Positions 23,766-37,625 of a DNA stretch of 64,000 nt are shown here, piece by piece (position 1 is the first letter of the stretch; each line of letters starts with the position of its first letter). This DNA is from Paraspadella gotoi (Eukaryota > Animalia > Chaetognatha). The stretch spans positions 4,173,260 to 4,237,259 of the forward strand of contig CM119267.1 in NCBI GenBank assembly GCA_051294375.1, read 5' to 3'. Under the pieces are notes generated by a model. It did no database searches, was not told the origin of the DNA, and worked only from the letters and a program-made list of their open reading frames with translations. Both the position numbers and the translations under genes were made by a program.

Positions 23766-26134
23766 ATGACGGGAACTTTATCAACGCTCCGTCATCGAAC
23801 TGTCAGCTCCCTTTCCCCGATGCTACGACTATTCACCACGCGATCCATTCTAGAAATCCCTCAGTTCCGTCGTTTTTCCGGCACCTCGTCTCTTTTCCGC
23901 CCCGTCGACTTTCTCCGAATCCGACGCGTCTCTTTGCCCCTGACTTCGCTCGTTTCCCTTCCGGCGCTCTCTCGTGGATTCAAAACGAGAACAACGACGG
24001 GCGTGGGAAGGCGTCACGCGCAACCCAGCGCCGACGATGAAACCGACAGCGGCGACGATGTATCTACGACTTATAGAAGGTCATTAAAATTAACTTTATA
24101 GAAGGTGATGAAAATTAACTTTTTTATATTATTCGCCACGCGTATTTTTACTATTATTATTTTCTTTCAGGAGAAACAATTTGGCGCCCTCTTCCGTTTC
24201 ATCCGCGTCGCCCTCGTCGAAATCCGAAGACCCAGAAGAACGAGAAAAGATAGACGTAGAATCCGCTCTCAGACAGAAGCGAAAATCCATTTCGCGAATC
24301 CTCAAAAAGTACAAGAGAAAACCGGAAGTTCAACAACAAATAAAGATCGCCTTTGCCGATGGTTACGCCTACGCGGAGCAGGTTTTTCCTTTACGGGAGA
24401 TTATGCGCAAGAGAGGCGACGTCTTTATCGTCATTCTCTTCCCTTCAGAAAAATTCAAGCGGGAGTGGTGGGAACCGCCGTTCTCGCAAAGGTCCCGCTT
24501 CGATGCTGAGCCGCGCTGGCGACGTCATCTGGTGGTGCATCGGCCTCTGGTTTTTCTATTACATCGTCAACGACATCCGCAACGCTTTCGGAGGAGACGG
24601 ATTTTCGGGAATGCCCGGGCATGGGCTCTTTAACTCCATGGAGCCCTACGAAGTCAATCCAGGTATTTTTTGGCCAAAGGTTACTTTATGTGAGTTAGCA
24701 GGAAGCTGGCATGTAAACTTTTTTTTTTATTTGAAAATTACAGAGGAAATCCTAGTCAACTTCTCCGACGTCAAGGGCGTGGACGAAGCCAAGGACGAAC
24801 TCGTCGACGTCGTGGAATTCTTAAGAGATCCCGATCGCTTCTCCGCCCTCGGTGGCTCCATGCCGCACGGGGTGTTGCTCGTTGGTGAACCCGGCGTCGG
24901 AAAAACTCTCCTGGCTAAGGCTGTGGCCGGCGAGGCGGGCGTGCCATTTTTCCACGCCGCCGGTTCGGAATTCGACGAAGTCTTTGTTGGCACGGGAGCA
25001 AAGCGCGTACGTCAACTCTTCGCCTCGGCCAAGCACCGAGCCCCGGCGGTCATCTTCATCGACGAGATCGATTCCGTCGGAGGAAAACGGACATCATCTC
25101 CCGGACACCCTTACGCCAACCAAACCATCAACATGTTGCTGGCCGAGATGGACGGGTTCGATAAGAACGAGGGCGTCGTCGTCATCGGCGCCACCAACAA
25201 ACGCGACAATCTGGACAAGGCCCTCATTCGACCGGGGCGGTTCGACGTCGAGGTCCGCGTTTACCCGCCCGATCTCAAGGCGAGGAAAGAGCTGTTCGAC
25301 CTTTACCTTTCCCGTGTCTCCTGCGACGAGGAAGTCGACGCCGACGCTTTGGCTCGGGACACGCGGGGCTTCGTCGGCGCCGACATCGACAACATGGTAA
25401 ACCAGGCGGCGATCCGCGCTGCCCAGCAAAACGCTACGGCCGTGGGTATGGTCCACTTGGACTGGGCGCGCGACAAAGTGTCCATGGGCCCCGAGAAAAA
25501 GAGCAAGATCCCCGACGCCAAAGTCAACTGGAACACGGCTCTGCACGAGGCCGGCCACGCCCTCGTAGCTCATCTCACGCCAGGCGCCCTACCGATTCGC
25601 AAAGTGACCATCGTGCCGCGCGGGCCCGCTCTCGGATACGTGGAGCAGACTCCTAAAGACGTGATGACCAATCAGAGCAAGGCCGAGTTGTTGGCGTCCA
25701 TGGACGTTGCTCTGGGCGGGAAGATCGCCGAGGAGCTTGAACACAACTCGGCCGACGTGACGACGGGCTGCTCGAGCGACTTGGAAAAGGCTACGGCGAC
25801 TGCTCGAAGTATGGTGCTACAGTACGGTATGGGAGAAGCGATGGGCAAGAGGGTCGTCAACTCGGACGAGGATTTCGACGCTCTCAGCAACAGGACGAAG
25901 ACGGCGATCGACCTGGAAGTCAAGGTCCTCGTCGACGACGCCTACGGCAGAGCGGAGAGACTCCTAAAGAAACACAAAAAGGAACATTTGAGATTGGCCA
26001 ACGCCCTCTATAAGTACGAAACTCTTGACGCAGATGACGTGCGGGCGATCCTCCGCAATGAACCGTTGAAAAAGAGGAGCGAAGCAAAGGAAGTTGACGG
26101 ACGCGGTGTGCCGATGCCGTTGCCCGCAGCGTAG
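23766..26134 (+). CDS. YME1L1: Mitochondrial i-AAA protease, 4 exons
   Basis: Presequence containing RGFKT, one TM segment, FSDVKGVDEAK, Walker A GEPGVGKT, Walker B IFIDEID, SRH RPGRFD, HEAGH zinc motif and YETL. Confidence 0.93.
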
Positions 26135-27082
26135 ATTGTCGTAGATTGTCTTCTCATGTGTTCAGAATTTTACAGATAAACACTTGTCGTCTTGCCAAAT
26201 AACGAATTGACTTTCCAAGAAGTTTCTGGAATCATCGTGACGTCACGATAGATTTAGTGATGAAATTGTTTCGCTGTACTACACGGCATATGTTTTCGGT
26301 TTGGGACAAAGGTAGGAACTTATCTCACGAAAATAACCATAATTCGCCGTCAAATTATTTTTCGGTCCGGGGTAACCAATTTGATATCAGATAGCTTATT
26401 TATTGAATGAATGCATAATTTCTGAATTGGTTGTATTAATTTCATGAAAATTTGGTGTTCCTTTAATACCCACGAACACCAAAAAAATTCTATGCATCAA
26501 TAAACTCTGTGCGATGTGTGAAAAGATTGCCCCGATATAAAAATTTGTAAAAAAAAAAAATCACCTGTTGACCGTTTCTCTGGGGAGACGCGCAGCTGCT
26601 TGTTGAAATATGAGACTTGACAGAGACTTGACAGGAGTACGTTTTAAAATTTTTAGAGATATTCGCTTTTTTAATACAAGCTCTCTCGGTGGTACTTGAA
26701 ATATACACCTTTATTTAAAAAAATTTTGTAAAGCTAAAGTTATTTAATTTTCTGAATAGATTATTATATATATGTTATACAAAGATTTGTATAATATTTA
26801 AAAAAATTAAATTGTTACGCGACTTATATTTTGTTTATTAAAGATTATTTGTACTCACTGAGCGATATAAATTTATATTTATTTTTTATATTTTAAAATA
26901 AATCAAATAAAAATTGAATTTTAATAATATTTTTTTTCGGTATAAATTTTCCTCAAAGGAGAAGTACGAATTGAACTTTTTTCGCTCGGTCGCTTATTAG
27001 TGAACACTTAATACTATTAGCTACTTACAAATTTTTTTTCAGGCTTACACTTTGAATTGGACCACGGTTCCCTAGACACCCC

Positions 27083-29091
27083 GAAAAAGAAAATAGAAAT
27101 AACCCATTTTTGAAACACAAAAAAATGAAAAATATAATGTTTTTACTACATCGTAGTGAAGTCGAAAAATTCTGATCCAAGCAAGTTTTTTTTTAATTGA
27201 ATTTTAAAGTTTTGTTGTAATTTTTCATACAAAATAATGAGAAATTAATCAACGACTTTGTCATTCTTTGTCAAATTTTACTTTCTTTATATCAATCATT
27301 ATCTACTGGAAGAGAGCTTTAATTTGAACTCACTCTCATAAGCCTATGATTATTCGTTCTCAAGTTATTATTGAAAATAACTCAATTTATTACAAAAATA
27401 GTAATCATATTGTAATTACTACACGAAAGACTTAATCAATTCTTATTTAATAAAAAACTATAGAAATGTAACATACAATTGCTTAGCTTTAAAATTAACC
27501 TAATTTTAAATTTTTCTTCAACAAATAACTACTATGAAATGCTAAGTATAAAATTGCTAAATTTTATGTATATATTTTTAAATAATTTAACATCAAGCAA
27601 GAGCATAATTAATAATATTATACATCCAAAAGAATCCTTATTTTATGAGCTTTCTTTTGAGTCTAATCTCAGTTCTCTGTGATAATTTGTTTTTGAGATA
27701 TTGACAAAAACAATTCCACAAAATGCTTAAAAAGTAAAAAAAATATTCAAAAATATTAATATTTGAGTCAATTTTAGATCGATTTTGTCATAAAAGGTTT
27801 TAATTGATAGAAAAATATTCCAATAATAGATGAAATTTAATATTTAAAGGTTTTTTAATCAAACATGACTTGTGATCGCCTTTTTTCTCCAAAAATATAC
27901 CAAAAAAATTGTAATTTGTCTATTTTTTGCTAATATTTTTAAGCTTTTAATATTAGAATTCTTACTGAAAAATGATATAATATAAAGATATGAACACACA
28001 TAAAGGCTTTATCTCCCTCCCCCTCTCTCTCTCTCCCTTTCTCTCTCTCTCTCTCTCTCTCTCTTTCTAAGAAATTACTAAAAATCGATTTCGGTACTGA
28101 CATTTTTTTTTCATTTTGACTTCATAATACTTATTTTTTATGATATTTTAAAGTATGATAGCTTGCTAGAATCAGAAATAGCCATATTTTTATATTATAT
28201 CATTTTTCAGTAAGAATTCTAATATTAAAAGCTTAAAATATTAGCAAAAAATAGACAAATTACAATTTTTTTGGTATATTTTTGGAGAAAAAAGGCGATC
28301 ACAAGTCATGTTTGATTAAAAAACCTTTAAATATTAAATTTCATCTATTATTGGAATATTTTTCTATCAATTAAAACCTTTTATGACAAAATCGATCTAA
28401 AATTGACTCAAATATTAATATTTTTGAATATTTTTTTTACTTTTTAAGCATTTTGTGGAATTGTTTTTGTCAATATCTCAAAAAGGAATTATCACAGAGA
28501 ACTGAGATTAGACTCAAAAGAAAGCTCATAAAATAAGGATTCTTTTGGATGTATAATATTATTAATTATGCTCTTGCTTGATGTTAAATTATTTAAAAAT
28601 ATATACAAAAAATTTAACAATTTTATACATAGCATTTTATAGTAGTTATTTGTTGAAGAAAAATTTAAAATTAGGTTTATTTTGAAGCTAAGCAATTGTA
28701 TGTTACATTTCTATAGTTTTTTATTAAATAATAATTGATTAAGTCTTTCATGTAGTAATTACAAAATGGTTACTATTTTAGTAATAAATTGAGTTATTTT
28801 CAATAATAACTTGAGAACGAATAATCGTAGGCTTATGAGAGTGAGTTCAAATTAAAGCTCTCTTCCAGTAGATAATGATTGATATAAAGAAAGTAAAATT
28901 TGACAAAGAATGACAAAGTCGTTGATTAGTTTCTCATTATTTTGTATGAAAAATTATAACAAAACTTTAAAATTCAATTAAAAAAAAACTTGCTTGGATC
29001 AGAATTTTTCGACTTCACTACGATGTAGTAAAAACATTATATTTTTCATTTTTTTGTGTTTCAAAAATGGGTTATTTCTATTTTCTTTTTC
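27083..29091. mobile_element. Foldback-like long inverted repeat (arms 27083-27992 and 28183-29091, ~190-bp spacer), non-coding
   Basis: Arms are reverse complements with scattered substitutions (mirror ORFs 27479+ and 28695- differ at a few residues). Spacer contains a (CT)n tract. A 28-bp direct repeat flanks it (27035-27062 / 29086-29113). Confidence 0.85.
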
Positions 29092-29248
29092 AGGCTTACA
29101 CTTTGAATTGGACATAGTCGAAGGCGACGAAAATAAGGTTCTTTAAATTTGATAATTTTTAAAAAAAAATTTTATCTGAAGAAAAAATTTCCTTTTGTAA
29201 CTATTTTTTAGCTTCATTCTACGACTGCAACGTTCAATACGCAAAATC

Positions 29249-30284
29249 ATGGGAACCTGCAAAATTCTCGCCATGTGTTTGTGTGTCAGTATCCACGTGG
29301 CCTGTGGACAACTCTTACCTAACAATCTATTTAGGTTAGATGGTCTGTAAAAGTTTTTGATTTCTAGGTTTCAAGTATTTACCGATTTTTTATTTAACAG
29401 GTATCAGACGATAGATCAAAATAGACCGATGGTAGAAACTTTACCGACCCTCCCACCTCACGACGAAAAAGCTTTGACCGCAAGATATCTCATTCATATG
29501 ACGGATTGGGGATCGTTAGCAACTATTTCCACGCGGGTAAATAACTACAGCTATATTCCTACTTAATCCAATCTAAAAAATAAATTTAAAAACTTAGTGC
29601 TATTCTGTCATCCGCTCCTCTAATCGTCAAATATTTCGGGAGTGTGGAAATAAAAAAATATTTACAGCATACGTTGACATTTCAGAATGGGACGATCGGC
29701 ATGCCCTTTGCCAACATCCTGTCTTTTTCGGACGGAATTTTGGGAGAATTCAGCGGTGGAGTTCCTTACTTTTACAAATCGGATATGGACGTGTCCAGCA
29801 AGGATCTAAAACGCAATCCAGCAGGCATTTCTCTATTTCTAAATTGTTTCGATTATAGAGGTGATGTAGGTTTTTATCGTTTGAACCGAAGCTTCTTTTC
29901 TAGCCACCTTGGTCGTTTCGGAAGCGCAAACGGACATTTGTGAAGAACATGATGCGGACCCTCAGAGCCCCCTTTGCGCCAGAGTCATGCTGACGGGATA
30001 CGTGAAGAAGGCGAGATGGCATTTCTTCAGTTTTTCAACGAGAAACGAAACATTTTTAGTGTTAATACTTGTTTTTGTATTTTTAGTTGTCCGATCCAAG
30101 GGAAAAAGCTTTGGCGAAACGGGCCCTTTTCAAGCGACATCCCGAGATGGCAGAGTGGCCAGAATCGACGGATTTCTTTTTCGCCAAATTGGACATAAAA
30201 AAAGTGTTGATGCTCAGCTTTTACGGAGGAATCAGTGAAGTGTCTCTGAAAGACTACTTCGCAGTCAATCTTTATCCTGCCTAA
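29249..30284 (+). CDS. CREG1: CREG-family secreted/lysosomal protein, 5 exons
   Basis: Signal peptide MGTCKILAMCLCVSIHVACG, then ARYLIHMTDWGSLATIST, GMPFANILSFSDG, GVPYFY, DPQSPLCARVMLTG and LFKRHPEMAEWP. Introns 3 and 4 use GC donors. Confidence 0.9.
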
Positions 30285-31048
30285 GATTTTTTTTAAACGA
30301 TCATGATTAGAATGTTGAAATTTTATATCTAGATTAATTAATTTCATATAAAATTATTTAACGATTTACATTGTTACTTTCTTACTCATCGCCTTTCTAC
30401 AAAGGAAATCATTGGTTTTTCAGTTAGACAAAATTATAGCTAAATTCGAGATTCGTTTGTGATGAACACAGTGTATCTTGTAAAAAATTATTTCTGTCGC
30501 GCCTGCGCGGAAAGTCTTCATAGTGCTAAATTGAATGAATCTGCATATTATTGGTAAATTGTTTTAGTGCTAAAAATGTTTAAAAATAGCGGAAGTCATT
30601 ATATTTCATTAATGAACAGATAAAAAAGGGACTAGATTTATTACGATACGGCTAGTGGTTACAGGAAGCCCGCTGACAATCACCTGTTTTTTTTTAGATT
30701 ATATTAAAAGTATTTACATACATGAGATCTTGCTTAACAAGAATATAAGAACGTCCAGAAAAATTCGAAAGCGTGGGCTTGTCCAATTGTATAAAATAAT
30801 ACTAAGTAACTTAGCAGCCAGCGAAATATTCCAAGGACCGCCTCAGATCGTTAATATTTTTTGCCGAAGGGAACGGTTAAGGAATGTTTTTTTTTTTAAA
30901 TTTAAAATAATTATTACTCCGCCTTCCGTTTTTAGAGAACTTTTGAAATTTAGCCTCCATAACCAAAAAAAGTAACGTGGGTTTTCGCGTCAAGTTTGTC
31001 GTAATCCGTGGCGATGGATGGAATGAAGAAGCTCCGACTCGAGTTTCA

Positions 31049-31741
<693 letters not shown>

Positions 31742-32757
31742 TTAGGAATGACGGAAGTTTCGCGCGATTATTAATTTCGGCTGAAATATTAGAGTCAGAA
31801 TCGTCTATTATACATTCGTCTGGGCGTCTTCTTATTTAGTCTTTTTGTTAATTTTACATTCTTACCTCCGTAAGCTTACAACATATCATTCACCTAAATT
31901 TTGTTCACGAACACGTAGTCTTCTTATATAAAGATGGTTTAAAAAGAGTCAGGAATAGACACGTCAGTTTTATCAAGAAAAGAGAAGGAAGAGGAAACGA
32001 ACGCGATGTTTTAACAAGAGGAAGAAGAAGAAGAAAAATGAATAAAAATTGGGTGAGAAGGAATTTGTGCGGAAGAGGTCGCCCTAGAATACTAAACAAA
32101 TGACCAACTCTTAATACATTAAGAATACAATTTAAAATTATAATTACCTCTTCAGCTTGAAACGCAAATCCCGGAAGTAAAGATAAGAAAAGTTGGCGAT
32201 GTTCCAGTAGTCGCCATTCTCAATTTTTAAGAGGTCGATTTTAAAGATAGCGATTTTTAATAACGTGACGCTACTCGCTTATTTTATTGTTTCAGCAAAC
32301 GATCTTTGAAAAAAATTGATAGAATTCCATGGTCATAAGATGTATCTTAGGAAGTAGTAGTAGTAATTAGTAGTATCTTAATCTTTCCTTGAATTATGAT
32401 CGTGTGTGGGCTCTGCTTGACACCAGTCGCAGAATTGCAATTCTACTATATTCTTGTTTGCCACTCATTTACCGCTGTTTAACATCGCCAAAAGAAATAG
32501 CGAACACTTAGGTTAAGACGAAAGAGCTAGAAGATTTTAAATTATTTTTTTCTATATTTTGATGCTTTGTATGAAATTTCGGACATCACATACAACTTTG
32601 ATATTCAAATAAAAAACACGGATTGCTGGAATGGATATAATTCATATTACACCAACTTGGAATTCTGCAAATTTTTTATGCTCCACAAGTGATATTTAAA
32701 GGCAACATGGGGTTTTACAAGGGAATTAAGAAAAAACAATTTGATTAGTTAGTCATA

Positions 32758-34156
32758 TCATTTGAGATCGGCGCTTTTGTAGGTTGTCTTTCGAGATCCT
32801 AAGCAAGCAGAAGCGCTTGAACATTTCGTCGCGAAATCGTCCCAAGACAAACCCTAAAATTTTGCCAAAATTTCAATATATTTATTAGAATAATGTTAGT
32901 TTTTAGTTTTTGTCGTGGTCTTTGGTCCGTTAACTTTTTTGTATTTAAAAAATATAACCTTAATTTTGAAAAAAACTCACTTGCAAAAAACAGACCAAGA
33001 CGACGGTCATGTTATCGCATCCAAGCCCGCCCATTTGACAATCAGGAGCCAAGCAGTGCATCATAAGGTCCTCGCATATCTGAATTATTATGGTATTCAC
33101 ATTTCAATTCAGAGGTGATAGGAACGCTACTCGGTAAATCTTATTTCGATAGCCTCTGTAATTTTGCCGCCTTTTCAAATAGTGGAAGGAATTGCGTACC
33201 GTGTGGGGCTCCATTTTTTGAGCGAGTCTTCCTCTGATAAAGTCGACGACTTCTTGGTTGGAGAGGACGTCCCAAATTCCGTCGCAGGCGAGAACAAGAA
33301 ATTCGTGTTCATCGGTGATGGCCTCCACGGTGACGTCGGGAAGCGCCGTCACGATTTGCTCCTCGGGCGGTTTTTTGTCGTTTTTCTTGAAGACAAAATC
33401 GCCCAAGGCCCTGGACAAGGCCAAGTTCCCTGCGCAAATATTAAAGTTAGATTCTATTTCATTATTCTTCAATGCCGAAGTGTAAGCAATTTACCGTTGA
33501 CCCTGTTGAACTCGACCCATCCCCCGGCGGATATGATTCTTTTGGATTCATTTTCGTTGCTCGGTTTGTGGTCGAAAGACAATTGGTGAACGTCTCCCTT
33601 GACGGAGCAAATTGCCCGCGAGTCTCCCACGTTCCCAGTGTGAATGATGCCGTTTTTGATGAGGGCACAAACGGCGGTGGAGCCAGCCAAATCATCCTTT
33701 AAGGCATCATCTGAACCGAAGAAAAGAAGGGTGTATGATTGAGGTTATTGGGGGTTAAACTCTTTGCCCGCACCTTTCAGCATGTCTTCGTCGATGGCGA
33801 GAAATCCTTGTTTGATCGCATTGACTATGTCCCCTTCCTTGTAGGCTGGGGTGTTTAAAATTTTTTCGTGGGCTTGACCTCCGGCATACTGCGCTACGTT
33901 AGCTCCACCGTGCCCGTCGAAGACAGCAAAAAATGAAGTTTCTTTGTCGTCTGCCGCAAAAATAAAGGTTTTAGCATTGTGGAAAACATTGAGCTTCTGG
34001 ACAAGGACACATACTGGGGAGCGACAGGATGTGTGTGTGAGCATCCTCCATGTTGATTCTCCATCCTTGCATGCTCGAGGATCCTACTTTGACGAAACTG
34101 TTCTGACATGTTTGCGTGTGCTTCGCTGTGATAGGCTCTGATAGTGTTTGACCCAT
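32758..34156 (-). CDS. Protein phosphatase 2C (Ptc2/3-like), 6 exons
   Basis: MGQTLSEP, SSMQGWRINMEDAH, FFAVFDGHGG, NVGDSRA, DHKPS, GNLALSRALGDF, LACDGIWD and GCDNMT. Confidence 0.92.
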
Positions 34157-35572
34157 CTGAGAGGAAAAAGATTAATTTTAAAAGCTTTCCCCACATATAG
34201 CCGCAAAATGTTACGACTACACCTAAAACGCTTTTTTTTAGGAGGGGGGCTTCTTCCAAATAATTCTTTCGAATATTCTCGGGGGCGTTTTAGGAGGAGG
34301 ACGGACCGGCGGGTCCTAACACATCTTCCCTGCTTACGTTTTAGCTTACTGATGTTTTGTTATATATTTCATAAACTTGTTTCCCTTAAAAACTTACTCC
34401 GTTCATTTTTAAAGTTGCCTTTTTTTAATTCATTCGCCTTATCCCATACCTTGAATTAAAAGTGGAGGAATAAAATTCAATAACTATGCAGCTTTTTATG
34501 TTGAATTTCCACAAATTAGTTCTTCCTTGTTTTTTAAGTGCAGCTTTCAATGAGTTAGTAGTCAAACCATTTTAGTTTAAGTACTAGTTTCATGGGCAAT
34601 TTTTTCGCTTGTGTTTTAGGAAACATTAAGTGATGATCACATTTTTGTAGTATATTGGTACTTTGTGGCTTGGAAATTTGGATGTTAAGATGAGTCACTG
34701 AGAAGATTCTGAAGAAATGTATAAAATCAACGTTGTTCTTTCGAAGATCGGGAGAAAAAAAATTAATACATCAAATCTCACTTTTAATTAATTTTTTGGT
34801 ACATTTTTAATTAAGCACTTTTTTGGTATTAATTAATATAGACTGGGATTACAATTTTATTGATTAAAAATACTCTCTCGAGCTTTTTATTATAATGGTC
34901 TTTTGAATATTGATTGAAAGAAACACTTTTTGACGAGAATAGCAAAGCTATGTGATTTTTATAATATTATTTAAAAAAACGGGTTTTGTTCGTTTTCCAA
35001 ACTACGGAGAATAACTTCCGAGTCATGATGAAAGCGTTCAATTCGGGTCGGGAAGAGGAAGATCATCAATGATTCAATCCTAACGGATGACGACGACGAC
35101 GACGTTTTTTTTCTTTAGTCGCACGATTTTATTCATTGTTTACAAATCAAATTACATTACCAGTCTTAGTCAAACATTTTTTCCTCCATAAAATAGTTAC
35201 CAATATTTTCTTGGAAATATTTGGTTTCGAATTTATCGAAAAAGGAATTACGCAATGTTTATAAACAATAGCCAAGGAAAAACCTCCCGGGGAGAGTGAG
35301 ACATAGATGAAAAAAAAAAGAGTTAAAAACAAAAAAGAAATTTTAATGTTACTTAACCGATGTTCTAAATTTGTAGGTCAAAACGGTGTTATATGACGAT
35401 GTTATATGACGATTGCATGTTCTCAACTACTCTTTGCTAGTATAATAATATCTATGTAATAGTATATATATTGGAATGCAGTCTTCTTTTTTTCTTTAAT
35501 GATTCATGTCTATCTATGACGATTCGGATATTTTGTTATTTTTTCTCGTTTTTCTTTAATAGATAAAAAAAA

Positions 35573-36207
35573 ATGGAGACTGAAAACGAAACGACGATGT
35601 TCGATACGTCGGGTTTCGGGGACGAAGGTCCAGGTAATCCTTTTACTACATTCTCCTTTTCTTTTCATTAATAGTTTCCTTAGTATCAATGTTCCCATGA
35701 AAGCTTAATCGCTTTTCCTTCCCTTCTTCAGGTTTCGTTGGAATCCGTTTCTGTCAGGAATGCAACAACATGTTATACCCAAAAGAGAACAAACAAGAAC
35801 GGATTCTTCTCTACTCTTGTCGTAATTGCGAGTTCAGCATGGTAAGTTCGTCGGCAATTCGCCATCAACGACAAAAATTAAAAATGATAACCTTTCGTTC
35901 TAGGCCGCCGACAACCCTTGCATCTACGTCAACAAAATAACTCACGAAGTCGACGCTTTGACGCAAATCGTGGCCGACGTCATCGCGGATCCCACCCTCC
36001 CCAGGTGCGTCTGATTCTTGACCGAGAATCTTTCATTGTATTTTACGATTCTCACGCCTTTCCAGAACCGAAGATCACGCCTGTCCCAAGTGCGGTCACT
36101 CGGAAGCCGTGTTTTTCCAAAGTCAAAACCGAGCGGCCGAAGACAAAATGAAACTCTATTACGTTTGCACAAATCAAGGCTGCGCGCATCGGTGGATCAT
36201 GGACTGA
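35573..36207 (+). CDS. POLR2I: RNA polymerase II subunit RPB9, 4 exons
   Basis: [19 protein letters not shown]...[27 protein letters not shown] and LYYVC..GCAHRW. Confidence 0.95.
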
Positions 36208-36347
36208 TTCGCTCTCGCCTCACCACACTTTTTTTTTTTTTTTTTTTTTTTTCGTGCTCTCATTCTTGTTTTCCTCGTAGTTTTTTTATATGATAATGCA
36301 TCTTAAAACTTGAACCACAAAAAAAAAAAAGAAAAATCAAAGCAAAA

Positions 36348-37625
36348 ATGGGTGACAACAAGGATTTGGTGAACTTTTGCCTCTCCAACACCATCACGGG
36401 GGCCCTTTATCCCATGACTTATATCAAAGTTCTCATGCAACTCGGTTACGAGCCCTGTCCGCCTCAGCCGGCCACTTCATTTTTCAATCGACCCATTCTC
36501 GTCCTTCCCGGAATCCTCGGTTACTCCGCCCACATTTATCAACGGTGAGATGGAGCGATCGAGAGAATCCCTTCGACCGATCAGCGTCTCAATCTTAAAT
36601 CCTGTTTGCAGCGCCGGGGCTTTGGCCTTGTACGATGGAGTCTTTCCGTTTCTCTGTCACAAAAACCTCAGTACGATGGTGAACAACCGAATGCTCGCGG
36701 CCTTGAGCGACAAGGATGAAGAAGCGATCGATATCATGGATTTCCTCGTTTGGGTAAACCAATAAGTTGACGCCTACTCGCGTCGGTACAATTAGATTCC
36801 TTGGGGTCAAGCTGTTGTTTCACTTTTTCCAGACGGTTAAAGACACGGTCGCCAAATGTACCTCCGTCATCATCGCCCATCCCTTTCACGTCATCTTCAT
36901 TAGATCTGCGGCCCAATTCGTTGGGCGAGAATGCTCTTACAAGTACGGCTGAGGTTTTTCTTCTCAGTTCGATTTTTGTGAACTGAAAACGAAATACTGA
37001 CTTCTTTTTTTGTTCAAAAGCTCCCTGTGGAACTCCATGGTGCATATATTCAAAACGGAAGGAATAAGAGGTTTCTTCGCCGGACTCGTTCCAAGGTAAC
37101 CTGAATTTAAAGGCGCGAGTGTTAATAATTAATGTCAAACGCGTTTCACCATCTCGCCTCCTCTTTCCTCCCCTTTGCGTATTCAGTCTCTTGTACGAAA
37201 CGTTGGTTTTGTGGACGACGAACGTGATGGTCTACGTTTTCAACATCGTCTATACGGAAAAGAACGAGGACCTGGCTCAGTGGCCTCCTATCATTTTCAA
37301 CATGGTGGCCACGTCTGTCTTGTACCCTTTCGTCGTAGTCACCAACTGCATGTCGGTGTCCGACTCTGGCCTCGCCCTCGGCGAACCTCCCTACATGCCG
37401 CGCTTTAAAAATTGGATGCAGTGTTGGAGGTGGCTCGATTCCAGGGTAAATGTTTTTTTTTTCTTCACGCGATATTTTGAGCCCCGATGTAATCCCATGA
37501 TATTTTTGCTCCCGCAGAACGAACTCAAACGCGGCGGGAGCATCTGGTTTCAGCGACGTTATCTCGGGCCTCAAAAAATTTGTGACGGTTGCGCGGTGCC
37601 GATCAAATGCGATTTCGCCTCTTGA
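36348..37625 (+). CDS. MTCH2: Mitochondrial carrier homolog, 6 exons
   Basis: YPMTYIKVLMQLGYEP, HPFHVIFIRSAAQFVGRE, GFFAGLVPR, YPFVVVTNCMSV..SGL...PPYMP.F.NW..CW and LKRG. Confidence 0.88.

Noticed and set aside
27479-28695. Two near-identical 67-aa ORFs on opposite strands
   Set aside because: Mirror products of the inverted-repeat arms. AT-rich, TTG-started, no transposase motifs.
34630-34701. Possible box C/D snoRNA (GTGATGA...CTGA) with partial similarity to a 28S-complementary guide
   Set aside because: The guide match needs a bulge, there is no terminal stem, and no same-strand host intron was identified.
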